From the NCBI GenBank assembly GCA_026770705.1, contig JANJGN010000010.1:40052001-40116000 (forward strand): a stretch of DNA of 64,000 bases. The letters run 5' to 3'. A program made the position numbers and the translations under genes. The DNA is from Isurus oxyrinchus. Its lineage: Eukaryota. Numbering within the stretch: the first letter of the stretch is position 1; every line of letters begins with the position of its first letter. Positions 36,302 to 49,223 of the stretch are shown here, one piece after another. The notes beneath the pieces were generated by a model. That model saw only the letters and a program-made list of their open reading frames with translations. It made no database searches and had not been told where the DNA came from.

Positions 36302-37890
36302 ACTAATCCTTCTTAACCTTCCTAACCCTGCTGCTACATCTTGGTGCTCCCTGGTCATCCACAGCGGAGGTGGAGGCAGCCTGCTGACTGCTATGCCCTG
36401 TCTGTGTTGACCTTGGCAGGCGTCCTCTGGAGGGCCGTGAGTTGGATCTGTGGAGGTCACAGGAAGAGGGGAGTCAGATGGGCCAGTCAGTCCCAGAGCC
36501 ACCTGAGTGGATGGCCCCAGAGTGTGCACCTGCTGACCTTCCTCCCTATGTGTGCCTGAGGGTCCCAGGCTGACTCCTTGAGGAGAAGGGGTAGCTGGAG
36601 TAATATTGAGTTAACCTGCACCCCTCTTGCATACACACTGTTGGAGGCTATCTATGGCGTCAGCGATGGAGTTAAGCCTGCGTGGCAGTGCAGGAGCGAT
36701 GTCCTGGACCCAGGCCTCTATGGCAGCTGCCATCCTCCAAGTGGTGACCTCAGTGCATTGGCATGCTGACCCTATCATCTCAGCCTGAAGGTAGAGGGAC
36801 TCCTCCATCAGCCTTACAATCTGAGGAGTGCAATGACCTTCACTTCCTCAGTTCCCGAGCTTGCCTTTGCAACTCCAGCGACTGTGACATGACATGACCG
36901 AGTCCAGAGGCTCATCATCTGGCTGGTGCTCAGGAAACTTCTGGCCTCCACCAGCCCTCCGAGTGCCAGACACCAGGGAAGTCCTGCCTCCACCTGTTGT
37001 GGATCAGAGAGTGTGATGTGCTCACCGGATTGTGATCCTGAGGCTATCCTAAAGCTAAGTCCCACTGAGGTGTGTGTCTCTGCACTGGTGGAGGGTGTGG
37101 GTGAGCGCTGCGATGGGACTTCAAGGACAATGCCTCCAGATTCCCCTTCAGAGATTTCTTCGGGGCTTGATTTTAGGCTCTGGGTCATGGACTCCATTGG
37201 CTGTTTCCCAGATGTGCCTGTGGGGGCAAGGAGTGATAATTAGTGTATGGCAGTGGCCTGTGAAACAGGACACATCACTCAGAGAATGGTTGTCTGCTGG
37301 ATGTTGCACTGCTGGACCCCCACTTAGTTGAGCACCAGTGACCTCACCGTCAGCACAAGACCAGCCCCGATCCTCACCAGCCAGCTGGATGGCTCTGTTT
37401 TCAAAGTCCGTGTGGACGTTGATTTCAGGCATTCCTCCACCGGTCTGTGACCTCTCCCTCTTGTTGTGTGCCAGCTTGTCCTGCATGAATAGAGATGGGG
37501 AAAGTGTAAGCAGGACATCTACCAGGCCAGATGATAAGTGTGCCTGGCATGTGTGGGTGGTGAGTGGTCCCATGGATGTGATGAGGACAATGACGGTGAG
37601 TGTGAGAGATTGAATGGTGATGTCCCTTGACCCGGCAGTGAATGAGGGCCCTGTGGATGTGTGATGGGTTTGTGAGTGTGTGAATAGTGAATTACCCTGG
37701 TGGGTTGGAGGAGATCATTCTGACCACCATTGCCACTGCTTCCCAAGCCGGATTAGTGAGGTTGCTGCCTATCCTGCAGCTAGAGTGGAGGTAAAGGATA
37801 TCCTGGCAGGACTCCATGGCATCCAAAAGGCAGTGCAGTGATGCGTTACTGAACCAGGGGCTGCAGTCTTTTTGCCTTTCAGGGCCATGT
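36302..37890 (-). pseudogene. Harbinger Myb/SANT-like accessory gene, multi-exon, disrupted
   Basis: MALKGKKTAAP.FSNASLHCLLDAME..W EAVA; cag|DKLAHNKRERSQTGGGMPEI; SQRSPTPSTSAETHTSVG. Confidence 0.75.
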
Positions 37891-38952
37891 TTTCTGTGCA
37901 ACAGTTGTGGTCTGGAAGCACTGAGATGTGTGCATGTAGCTGGACTTTAAATATGGCACCCAGGGTGATGGAGCAGTGAGGTGATGGCAGGCGAGTGAAT
38001 GAGACCCTGCATGCCATGGAAAGGGCGTGTTTCCCAGGTATGCATAAATAATGTGGTGTGTTTGGGGTGATACACGTGAAAACCCACCATTGCAGCTGGT
38101 GGGTAAAACACTTTACCCACCCACTACCACACTTAGTGCAAATCTGGGATGATTCCACCCAATGATTCTACATGTTGGACGCACTGCAGGATCCCTGCAG
38201 TACTCATCAGAGTAGTATCAAGATTCATGGTGTTCCCTTGTATGCTGCATAACGTTGCCATCATTAGGGCAGCAGCTATAAGCAAGCTGGGAGAAGGAGG
38301 GAGGAGAGGAGCAAGAGAAAGAAAGGAGGAGGCAGCTTAGACAGACCCTTTCTAACTGGACTGTCCATAAATAACTCATCTGACTGTGGGACCAGTAAAG
38401 GCAACCTCAATTCCCCATTCACCAAATATCCCACACCTTACCTTCTCTGCTGCTACCCATCACGGTATCTACTTCACCACAATGTAAAAATAAAGGTCAA
38501 CATAAAATAAACATTCCAAACCAAATTTAAAAATCAAAGTATGCTTTATTACATTAAAACATAAGTTAATCATTCTCGTGCATTCTCTTGGTGCCTGCCT
38601 TTCGTGTGACTTTTCCTGTCCTAGTGCTCCTGTGCAGTGCTACTCCAGTGGCTGCAGCATGTTTGATGGAAGGTTTGCTGGTAACCTTAGGGGATGACCT
38701 CAAGCAGCCCAGGGTGTGGAAGACCCACCTTTAACTGTACCATCGCAACATGTGCAGCAGCAGTCCAGGATGGCTGGCTAATGGGCAACAGTGAGGATGG
38801 AGTGGCATTGGTGGGAGCACAAATGCTGTCATCCTGAGAGAGAATAGTAGGTTTCTGCTCATCGGGGGTACTCCCATTCCCCAAGGGCAGTGCCTCTGCA
38901 TTTCTATAGTAAAATCTGTTGGAGGTCAGATTGATGAACAGCTGTGATACTG

Positions 38953-41900
38953 GGGGGAGGCGTTGGAATTCCAGATGGTGGAATTTGAATTCGATAAAAA
39001 CCTGGAAATAAAAAAGTCCAATGATGATCATGAAAGCCTTGTCAATTGTCGTAAAAATCCATCTGGTTCACTAATGTCCTTTAGGGAAGCAAATTTCCCA
39101 TCCTCACCTGGTCTGGCCTATATGTGACTCCAGATCCGTAGGAATGTGGTTGACTCTTAAATGCCCTGTGAAATAGCCTCGCAAGCCTCTCAGAACCACT
39201 ATCGAACACTAAAAAGCCAATAAAAAGGGATGAAACTGGAGGGACCACATGGTATTAACCTAGGTGCCAGAAACGAAAGTGGCAGCCTGTCAACCCATCA
39301 AGGTCCTCCTTACTAATATCTGGGGCATGTGCCAAAATTGGGAGAGCTATCTCAGACTAGTCAAACAACAGCCTGACATAATCACACTCACGGAATCATA
39401 CCTTACAGATAATGTCCCAGACACCAACACCACCTGTCCCATCGGCAGGATAGTCCCAGCAGAGGTGGCGGCACAGTGATATACAGCCAGGAGGGAGATG
39501 CCCAGGGAGTCCTCAACATCAACTCCAGCCCCCATGAAGTCTCATGGCATCAGGTCAAACATGGGCCAGGAAACATCCCGCTGATTACCACGTACCGCAC
39601 CTCCGCCTCCCCCCATAATCCACCTCAGCCGATCAATCAGTCGTCCTCCATGTTGAACACCACTTGGGTGGCAAGGACGCAGAATGTACTCTGGGTAGGG
39701 GATTTCAATGTCCATCACATGTGTGGCTCAGAAGCACCATCACAGACCGAGCTGGCCGAGTCCTTAAGGGCATAGCCATTAGACTGTGTCTATGACAGGT
39801 GGTGAGGGAACCAACAAGGGGGAGAAAGATACTTGGCCTCACCCTCACTAATCTGCCTGCTGCAGATGCATCTGTCCATGACAGTATCGGTATGAGTGAC
39901 CACTACACAGTCCCTGTGGAGACGAAGTCCCATCTTCATGTGTGTGGCACTATCACCCAGCTAAATGGGATAGATTTTGGACAGATCTAACAATTGAAGA
40001 CTGGGCATCCATGAGGCACTGTGGACCATCAGCAGCAGCAGAACTGTACTCAACCACAGAGTGTAACCTCATGGCTTGGCATATCCTCCACTCAACCATT
40101 GCCACCATGCCCAGGGGATCAACTCTGGTTTAATGAAGAGTGCAGGAGGGCATGCCAGGAGCAGCATCAGGCATACCTAAAAGTGAGGTGTCAACCTGGT
40201 GAACCCATAACACAGGACTACTTGAGTGCCAAACAATATAAGCAGCAAGTGATAGACAGAGCTAAGCCACCCCACAACCAACGGATCAGATCAAAGCTCA
40301 GCAGCAGAGCTACATCCAGCTGTGAATGATGGTGGACAATTAAACAACTCACTGGAGGAGGAGGCTACACAAAAATCCCCATCCTCAACGATGGAGGAGA
40401 CCAGCACTTCAGTGCAAAAGAAAAGGCTGAAGCATTTGTAACAACTTTCAGCCAGAAGAGCCGAGTGGATGATCCAACTCGGCCTCCCCCGGAGGTTCCC
40501 AGCATCACAGATGCCAGTCTAAAGCCAATTCGATTCACTCCACGTGATATCAAGAAACGGTTGAAGGCACTGGATACTGCATAAGCCATGGGCCCTGACA
40601 ATATTTCGGCAATAGTGCTAAAGACCTGTGCTCCTGAAATTGCCACGCCCCCAACCAAGCTGTTCCTGTACAGCTACAACACTGGCATCCACCTGGCTAT
40701 GTGAAAAATTGCCCAGGCATGTTCTGTGCACAAAAAGCAGGACAAATCCAACCCAGCCAATTAATGCTCCATCAGTCTACTCTCGATCATCCGTAAAGTA
40801 ATAGAAGGGGTCACCAACAGTGCTGTCAAGCGGCACTTGCTTAGCAATAACCTGCTCACTGATACCCAGTTTGGGTTCTGCCAGGGCCACTCAGCTCCTG
40901 ACCTCATTACAGCCTTGGTTCAAACATGGACGAAAAGAGTTGAATTCCAGAGGTGAGGTGAGAGCGACTGCCCTTAACATCAAGGCAGCAATTTACTAAG
41001 TGTGGCATCATGGAGTCCTAGCAAAACTGGAGTCAATGAGAATCAGGGGATAGCTCTCGGTTGGAGTCAGATCTATCACAAAGGAAGATGGTTGTAGTTG
41101 TTGAAGGTCAATCTTCTCAGCTCCAGGACATCATCGCAGGAGTTCCTCAGGGTAGTGTCCTAGGCTCAACCATCTTCAGCTGCTTCATCAATGACCTTCC
41201 TTCCATCATAAAGTCAAAAGTGGGGATTTTTGTTGATGATTGCACAATGTTCAGCCGTATTAGCAACTCCTGAGAAAGTGAAGCAGTCCGTGTCCAAATG
41301 CAGCAAGAGCTGGACAATATCCAGGCTTGGGCTGACAAGTGGCAAGTAACATTCGCACAATGCAAGTGCCAGACAATGACCATCTCCAACAAGAGAAAAT
41401 CTCAACATCACCCCTCGACATTCAATGGCATTACAATTGCTGAATCCCTCATAATCAATATCCTTGGGGTTACCATTGATGAGAAACTGAAGCAGTATAG
41501 CCGTATAAATACTGTGGCTACAAGAGCAGGTCAGAGGCTAGGAATCCTGCGGCGAGTAACTTATCTCCTCACTCCCCAATACCTGTCCACCATCTACAAG
41601 GCACAAGTCAGGATTGTGATGGAATACTCCCCACTTGTGTGGACAAGTGCAGCTCCAACAACACTCAAGAAGCTTGACACCATCCAGGAAAAAGCAGCCC
41701 ACTTGATTGGCCCCCCCTTCCTCAAACATTCACTCCCTCCACCACCGACAAACAGTGGCAGTGTGTACCATCTACAACGTATACTGTAGAAACTCACCAA
41801 GGCTCCTTAGATAGCTTCTACCAAACCAACGACCGCTACCATGTAGAATGACAGGCACAGCAGATACATAGGAACACCACCACCTGGAGATTCCCCTCCA

Positions 41901-42105
41901 AGCCATTCACCATGCTGACTTGGAAATATATCCCCATTCATTCACTGGCGTTAGATCAAAATCCTGGAACTCCCTCCCTAACAGCACCTACACCACATGG
42001 ACTGCAGTGGTTCAAGAAGAAAACTCACCATCACCGCCTCAAGGGCAATTGGGATGGGCAATGAATGCTGGCCTAGCCAGCAATGCCCACATCCCATAAA
42101 TGAAT
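38953..42105 (+). mobile_element. Near full-length single-ORF (EN+RT) CR1-group LINE, disrupted
   Basis: EN motifs QPDIITLTESYL, WVGDFNVHH, VREPTRG..SDH; RT motifs GPDNI, QFGF, GVPQGSVLG, FVDDC; only ~300 bp upstream of EN, so no ORF1. Confidence 0.92.
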
Positions 42106-42727
42106 ACCTTGCAAACCTTTATAAACACTGGTATCTACAATCATGATGGTCCCAGTTGAGCTTTCATGGTAGCAAGCTGACCTCGCAGTGCAGAAGTTTG
42201 AGTTTCTATTGTAGCACCCAGACAGTGGGTGAGTTCTGCATTTGCTGCAATGGAAGTTGAGTCATCGGTCCTCAGATGCTGCATTATGGTGGGTGTCAAT
42301 GGAGGTGCTCCCACTTCCACTCTGGAAAGGATGGGCTCCATTCTCTACACAGTGCCCTGTAAAGTTGATGCTGAACTCCTCCATGCTCCATCGCATTGTT
42401 AATAGGCCTACCAATATACCAATTATTTCATTGTGCGTACCCATCTTCTTTTGTAGCTTGTCCCAGTACTTGTCTGAGTCCTCTGCTGCAGCATTCATGT
42501 ACATCCTCCAGGGAGCTAGCAGCTGTGTTACCCATGGTCCCTGACCTGCTGCAGGCCATTCATGCCCAGTGTCTCACCACGTGCATGTCTCTAAGCTACC
42601 ATCTAAAGTACACAGTGTCAGTATCTGAGCTGCTGTGAGAGTGACAGTGTTCATTTTCATTGTCTTCTTGTTGCTTCACCAGGTTGCAGTTCTTAGACAT
42701 CTGAAAGGACAAATGCACAAGGATAGG

Positions 42728-42862
42728 CATCTGATGGAAAGTTATTGATATGAAATGTTAGCTCTGTTTCTCTCTCCATTGGTGCTTCCTGACCTGCTGA
42801 GTATTTCAGACATCTATTGTTTTTATTTCAGATTTCGAACATCTGTCGCATTTTTGCTTTTT
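42728..42862 (+). mobile_element. ~135-bp Penelope-derived short retroelement with degenerate hammerhead motif and 12-bp TSD
   Basis: CACAAGGATAGG at 42716-42727 and 42863-42874; starts CTGATG..AAAG...GAAATGTTA; body similar to 52335-52430. Confidence 0.75.
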
Positions 42863-44216
42863 CACAAGGATAGGATTGTGGTGAGGGGCTGTGGGGATCG
42901 GGGAGCAAGAGGTGTGTGCTTCTACAGCTTCTAAATCAGAAAAAAGGATGTAGAAAGACACAGAAGCAGGGTGTGAGTAGAAGGATTAGGGACTGTGTTC
43001 TAACATCTATTATTTCAGCCCTGCTGCTGCCTACAGTCTCAGCAAGGGACATTCGAATAATGGCCAGCACCATCTCCTCCATGGGGCTGAGTACATTTCA
43101 GCATGCCTGCCATCCATGAGTTGCCTCTGCTGTCTCTGATTTGTATCACTTCTACTGCAAGAGAGGGGAATGTGTGTAAGTGAGTATGGTGTAATCTGTT
43201 TGGGTCACCTGGCACTCATGTTTGAATAACTGGGAGTGTGTATAAGCTAATGAGATGTGGTTGTGCAGTTTGCAGTAATGCTAAGCCTGTGAGGGTGAGG
43301 TGAATTTATTAATGTTAAATATCTGTCCCGATTGACAGAGATTGTCAGAAAGTGATGATGTGAATGTGGTGAATTGAGCAGGGTCAGAGATTAGGATTAC
43401 AGTGGTAGGGTATGGCATTTGAAGATACACTCAACTGACATTGACCATTTGTTTGAGGTCATTGAACTTTTTGTGACACTTTGTGGCTTGACTGCCATGA
43501 ATATCTGGTCCCCCTGCCTTCTGATAGTTAACCTGAAGCATTTCCTGATCACTTATGGATACAGCACATCTCTCCTCCTCTGCACTTCCTCCAACAAGGC
43601 TGCCAAAGCAGCATCTGAAAATCTTGGAGCCCACTCTCTCCTATGTTGTGCCATTCTTGTATCTTTCCCAGGTCAGAATTGCAGAATGGCTTTCAGCACC
43701 TACTCCAGCCACATTGCGCTGCCCCTCTAAGAGGTGCAAACTGGCTTTAAGTGGTGCAACTAGTTCTAACTGGTGCTAGCCTCTCATGATCTTGGGCCCC
43801 TTGCTGATCTTGCTGAGGCATGCAGCCAGTCAACAGTGTGGAAATTTTCCATTCAGAAATTATTCAAGATGACTCGTCAAATTGTCCCTTCCCTCCCCCC
43901 ACTTATTCTGCCATCCTCGCTCGCTTCCTGTGCATCTGTGTATCTGCTATATATATTCTGCATCTTTTTCTTTTATTTTGAAGGTTATGTTCCTAAAGGT
44001 GAAAAAAATTAATACTGGAGCATTTCTGTGTGGAAATTTTGTAGTGAAGTTCTCAATATGCCAGAAATCAAACTCAAAACAGCACCAATGTGATTCACCA
44101 ATGTGATAGTTATCCATTTCCACAATGCCCTTCTCCCCCCCATCCCCACCAGTTATCCTGTGGCCTTTCTGATTGGCAACCTAGCACCAGTGAAGACTTA
44201 TGAAAACTTCCCATAC

Positions 44217-45330
44217 TGTGGACATGGCCACTAGGAAGTGAGTTTGGACTATAACTTATTTCACATAGAGATAGTTTATGTAAGTAATATTTGTATTTGT
44301 GGGTGTTAAGAATGAGTTTTAGCTTTAGGTTTAAGTTTGATTTGTGTTTTTGTATTTGTGTGTTAAGAAAGGGGGGATCTTGAGTCTTAGGTTTTACTTT
44401 AAAAGATGCCTGCATTATAATGAGGTTTTATGACTCTTGAAGGGGAGTTAAAACAAACACAAGGTAGAAAAGGCTGCGCTGTTGCCTAGCAACAGGAGGC
44501 CCACACAGAGACAAGGAGAAACCAAAAGCTGTTTGAGTTCAGTTAGTGATTATGCTTTAAGGTGGTGGAAGCAGTTTAAGTATCTCTCTAGCTGATGTAC
44601 TAGCAGCTTGATGTGGAAAATTAGTCTATGAATTTTGGGTGAGTTCTTCTAAAGTGACAGCAACAGTGAATGTCAAGTGAGACCTGGATCTCAAGAGAGA
44701 TACCAGGTTGTCAGCAGTCTACTGAGAGAGGGAACTGCAGGGAGCAGGTCCTAAGGGAAAAAGAGAAAGGCGCCAAGAAGCCCTTTAAGTTAAGTCAAAA
44801 GACAAGGACAGAAATTTGGAACAAGATTCTGTTCAGTGGAAGTTAAAGTAAGGAGCAGCAGGGAAGGGTCCAAACTTGAAGGGAGAAAGCTGTGGGTTGC
44901 AGACTTAAAGCAAAATAGGCTTTTGAGAAGTTAGAAGATCCAAGGAGACAGCCGAAGGTCTGTAACTCTTTACTATGGGAATGTGATGCAGTGGTGTTCT
45001 GTTGGCATGGCTGAATCTAAGAGACAGTGTGTGGAAGGAAGCTTGAATGCACATAGCGATCCAGGGAGAGAACATCGGAGGGAGAGTTCGAAACCCCGAA
45101 GCTGGACCCTTGTGGAACATATCCAAGAGAAAGTGTCCTTTGGGAGAACAGCCCAAAGCAGGATCTTCAACAGTGAGATTGGAAACCTTTGTGTGAAAGA
45201 CAGAATTCACTGAGGCCAGTTGGCTCACAGTGTGACAAGCGTTTGGGAGGAATTGATGGGAGATCCATAGCATCTAACTATACTAAATTCACATGTAACT
45301 GTGGTCAGAGAGAATGTGTCAGCCTACTAT
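44217..45330 (+). mobile_element. LTR-like remnant, 3'-truncated
   Basis: Starts TGTGG, purine-rich U3-like sequence; no matching CA end or TSD found. Confidence 0.35.
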
Positions 45331-45926
45331 TTCCTTCTATGACAGGCATGAGGTACCCAGGCACATAGGCACCCAAAAAAACTGATGATGAGATTGCAAT
45401 GAAAACCTCCTCAGCTCAGAAAGCCAAAATTGGATCCAGTAGCAGGCCACAGGATTCCTTATGATAAGAGGCCTACTTGTGACCTGCTGGATCGTCAGGC
45501 CTTGGAGTCTTCCAGCTGCTGTTTCCAACAAACAGCTAAAGGTCGGAATGTTGCTGACCAGCCCTGCAGTTAACCATACCACCTCCCCCCCCCCACCCCC
45601 CACCCCCTCCCATCCCCGCCTTTATACCACTTCAAGCCCTTCCCAGGAGTGAGTCCCTCCCAAAGGTGCAACTGGGCCACTTAATAGCTCCAGAACACCA
45701 AATCATCTGTAGCTCAGGCAACAGACAAAGCACAATGCAGGCATGATATCTTGATCCAACACTGGAGCAGTGTGGGCTAATAAAATTGACCCTGTCATCT
45801 CTTCCAACCGAACAGCATGCTGCAATTACACATAGTCTGATTGCATAATCAAGACCAATGATTATTCTCAGTAGCTTCAACTGTACCTCTGATATCTAGG
45901 TAAAGCTAACAACTGAAAATCACCCC

Positions 45927-46247
45927 CTACATTTTTAGATCAAGTAGAACATTTCACTCAGTGGGCATTATGATTTTCTTTGGATAATCAACATTCATTC
46001 TGGATAAGATTAGATCATCATCAGGGATTAGAGACAAAGTTAGCTTTGCTGTTCTGAACAGTCCTTATTCAATGGCAAATTCCCCCATGCTTATTGTATA
46101 TTTCTCACTTTTGATTCTTTTCTCCCCTCTGAACCATTGTAATTCCATCTCTTTTGGAAAGAGCATGCTTATGGTATGATACAAATCTGCTATCTGTTTC
46201 GGTTGAGGGTTAGAGGTGAAAGCAATTTCTAATACAAAAGGCTGGAG
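45927..46247 (-). pseudogene. Decayed C1-like Ig exon (third of a tandem set); acceptor displaced by CR1
   Basis: QPFVLEI..NPQPKQIADLYHTISMLFPKEMELQWFRG...*GLFRTAKLTLSLIPDDD; internal stops; aligns with the 48.3 and 49.2 kb exons. Confidence 0.65.
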
Positions 46248-47795
46248 CATATGAACTTACATATAAACATACAACGAGGAGCAGGAGTTGGCCATTCGGC
46301 CCCTTGAGCCTGCTCCATCATTCAATAAGATCATGGCTGATCTGATATCCTGAAATCTGCATCCCACCTACCCCTGATAACCTATCGCCCCCTTACTCAC
46401 CAAGAATCTATTCACTTCTGCCTTAAAAATATTTAAGGACTCTGCTTCCACCACCTTTTCAGGAAGAGAGTTCCAAAGACTCAAGACCCTCTGAGAGAAA
46501 GCCTTTCCTACTTCCCTAATTATGAGGCTTGCAAGAGCATGGTCCATGTGTGGACCAACCCAACTGTACAGATCCCACTCTCTCCAGTACTGGTGCCAGT
46601 GCCCCACGAACCAGAACTCTCTTCTCCCACACCAGTCTTTGAGCCATGTATTCATCTCCCTAATCTGATCTCTCTATGCCAATTTGCATGTAGCTCAGGT
46701 AATAATTATTATCGTTGAGGTTCTGCTTCTTAATTTAGTAACAGGTTCCTCATATTGACTATGCAGAACCTCCTTCTTTGTCCTGCATTTGTCGTTGGTA
46801 CCAACATGGGCCACAATGACTGGGTCATTTCCCGTCCCACTGCAAGTTCCTCTCCAGTCCCCGAGCAGATGTCCTGGACCCTAATACCATGCAGGCAACA
46901 CAGCCGTCTGGACTCTTGCTCATTGCTGCAGAGAATGGTGTCAATCCCTCTGACAATACTGTCCCCTACTGCCATTACATTCCTTGTAACTCTCCTCACT
47001 TGAATGGCTTCCTGTACCACAGTGCCTTGGCCAGTTAGCTCATCCACCCTGCAGCCCCCACAAGCAACAAGCAAACAAGCTGAAGAAACCTCAAACCTGC
47101 TAGACAATTGCAAGGCCGAGGCTGCTACACTCCCGCCCTCTGGGTCCCCTTACCTTGTGTCATTTGCAGTCACACACTCCTGTGCCTGACCAAATCAGAA
47201 GAATCTACCCTGAGGGTTGTGACCACCTCCTCGAATAAAGTTTCCAGGTAACTTTCCCCCTCCCTGATATGCCACAGTGTATGCAGCGCGGCCTCCAGCT
47301 CAATAAGCTTGCAACTGAAGTTCCTGCAGCAGCAAACACTTACAGCAGATGCATTCACCCTGGATCACACCAGTATCCAGAATCACCCACATGCCTCAAC
47401 TGCAGCACATCACCTGCCCTGCCATCTTCAATATGTGTTAATTAATTAATAATTGCTAATTAAGAAAGCCTACACCTCCCAATAGGTTTTGGCACTGCCA
47501 GTAAACTTTACAATACTGATAAACCTAATGATATCAGTTACTGGTTTTCCTGATCCTTCTGCTGCACCAAAGTGGGAATCAAAAACTGGAGGCTGAAAAA
47601 GAGAAGATAAAAAACACCTCCTCCCCTCCCTTCACCAAACTCCCCACTCAGAACACTTTACTTCTTGCAGTAACCCTTACCTAAAGCACATCTTCCCCCC
47701 ATGCACCAAATTCCCACTTTGAACCGAACTCCCAAATATATTCGCCTGGTCTGTCTCATTCAGGCCAAAGTCTCTCCTCACTGACCGTGCGCCTC
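46248..47795 (-). mobile_element. CR1 with 5' UTR, ORF1 (Zn/leucine zipper + SGNH esterase) and 3' end, but ORF2 internally deleted
   Basis: CCCRN..LIELEAALHTLWHIREGESYL; VGDSIVRG; NTWLKDWC..FVGHW; joins directly at ~46500 to FSQRVLSLWNSLP and the 3' tail. Confidence 0.85.
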
Positions 47796-47941
47796 TTATG
47801 GAAATAAAACAACAAAAAACAGTGATGGAGTGAGAAAGTACAGGAGAATATTGAAAACACTAATTCTTCCAAGGGTGAAATTTTACAGCCCCATCATAGT
47901 GGAGGCAGGCCTGTAAAATGCGGCAAGCCATTCAAAAGCCC

Positions 47942-48075
47942 GAAGTTGAAAACAAAGAAAACTGCGGATGCTGGAAATCTAAAACAAAAACAGAATTACC
48001 TGGAAAAACTCAGTAGGTCTGGCAGCATCGGCGGAGAAGAAAAGAGTTGACGTTTCGAGTCCTCATGACCCTTCG
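47942..48075 (-). mobile_element. Solo terminal-repeat fragment of the Penelope-like element, inserted in a small MITE (47872-48115)
   Basis: 47975-48075 is almost the exact reverse complement of 52339-52430; 'gccc' on both flanks. Confidence 0.8.
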
Positions 48076-48279
48076 CCCATTGACTTTGGCAGGACCATAA
48101 AATCTCACATCCCCCTTTAAACCATCAATATAGCTAAAATAGAGGATTTATTATGTTCACTGTCATGAATGTTTCAAATATCTCTCAATATCCAAGAAAT
48201 TAACTAAAGAAATTCACTGTTAGTGGTTTATAGCTTTACAATTCTCTCAATCCCAGCAAAATTAATTATTTGTGAAGAT

Positions 48280-48600
48280 GTAACTGTTATACTGGAAGCT
48301 TTCTTTTGCCAATGGGTGTTGAGAATAGTCTTCTATGAATAACTTGTATTCTGTATTCACTTTGATCACCATCAGTAACTGAAGTGAATGTCAATTTTGC
48401 TGTCATGTTTAGGTCATCATCAGAAATGGGCTCTTCCATAATGATTCCATCTGCTTTCATCTACTCTGTTGTTTCCTTACCTCTACACCACTCAACCTCA
48501 ATCTCTTTTAGCAAGTATATACATACAAAACAGGGCAGAGTTACTCTGTTTCCTGGTTCAGGCTGAGGAGTGCAGGTGTTATCTGATACAGTAGGTGGTG
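48280..48600 (-). pseudogene. Decayed C1-like Ig exon
   Basis: tgcag|APPTVSDNTCTPQPEPGNRVTLPC..LLKEIEVEWCRG..*..NMTAKLTFT..DQSEYRIQVIH; in-frame stop, no clear donor. Confidence 0.75.
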
Positions 48601-49223
48601 CTGCAGAACACAAATAAACCATCAAGTTATCAAAGTGATACATCACTTATTCAGAGGTTTTCTCACTAAGATTTTGAAATAAATATACACCTCATCTACT
48701 TTTTTTCAAGATGTTAAATTAAAACCACTACATGGGAGGAAAACAATGCAAATGGTAGCAACACAAGGAAAATCTTGAAGCACAATTTTATGGATAATTA
48801 AAACATTTTGCTTTCAAAAGCATAGGTCAACATCATTTTCTATTTAAGTAATATAACTCACAATAAATATTTTTGCTTCAATCTTTACTTTCTGCCTGAT
48901 GTGTGAAAATTGGAATATTTCAAATATTGCTGTTATCAATTTTAAAAAAGCACAAATACTAGCTGGACTTGCAGCCAGTTCTGATATTATTCTGACATTG
49001 AATATAGCTTGTTGTCAATGTGATCACAGTTCAATGTGATCACAATGTAAGTTGATCACATACTACCAAAGACAGTTTATAAAAATCTCCACTACTAAAT
49101 GCTTGTCACAATTTTCCCTAAACCAAATTTTATTAGCCACAAGAACCCCTCATGACTCATATTATGACTTCAGAAGTCTAAATACTACACTATAATGAAA
49201 CCAAATGAAAATGTCAAACTTAC

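Larger units (their letters stand above)
32010..38160 (+). mobile_element. PIF/Harbinger transposon with convergent transposase (+) and Myb-like (-) pseudogenes
   Basis: Both gene remnants are present. 32560-33700 is homologous to 53540-53850 + 57010-57780; the right end is similar to 59900-59980. Confidence 0.85.
38160..43860. mobile_element. Second, older Harbinger family remnant (transposase C-terminus at left, Myb-like gene on - strand), split by a LINE
   Basis: VSRFMVFPCMLHNVAIIR (~38215-38270, +); KCHKKFNDLKQMVN (43431-43500, -). Confidence 0.6.
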
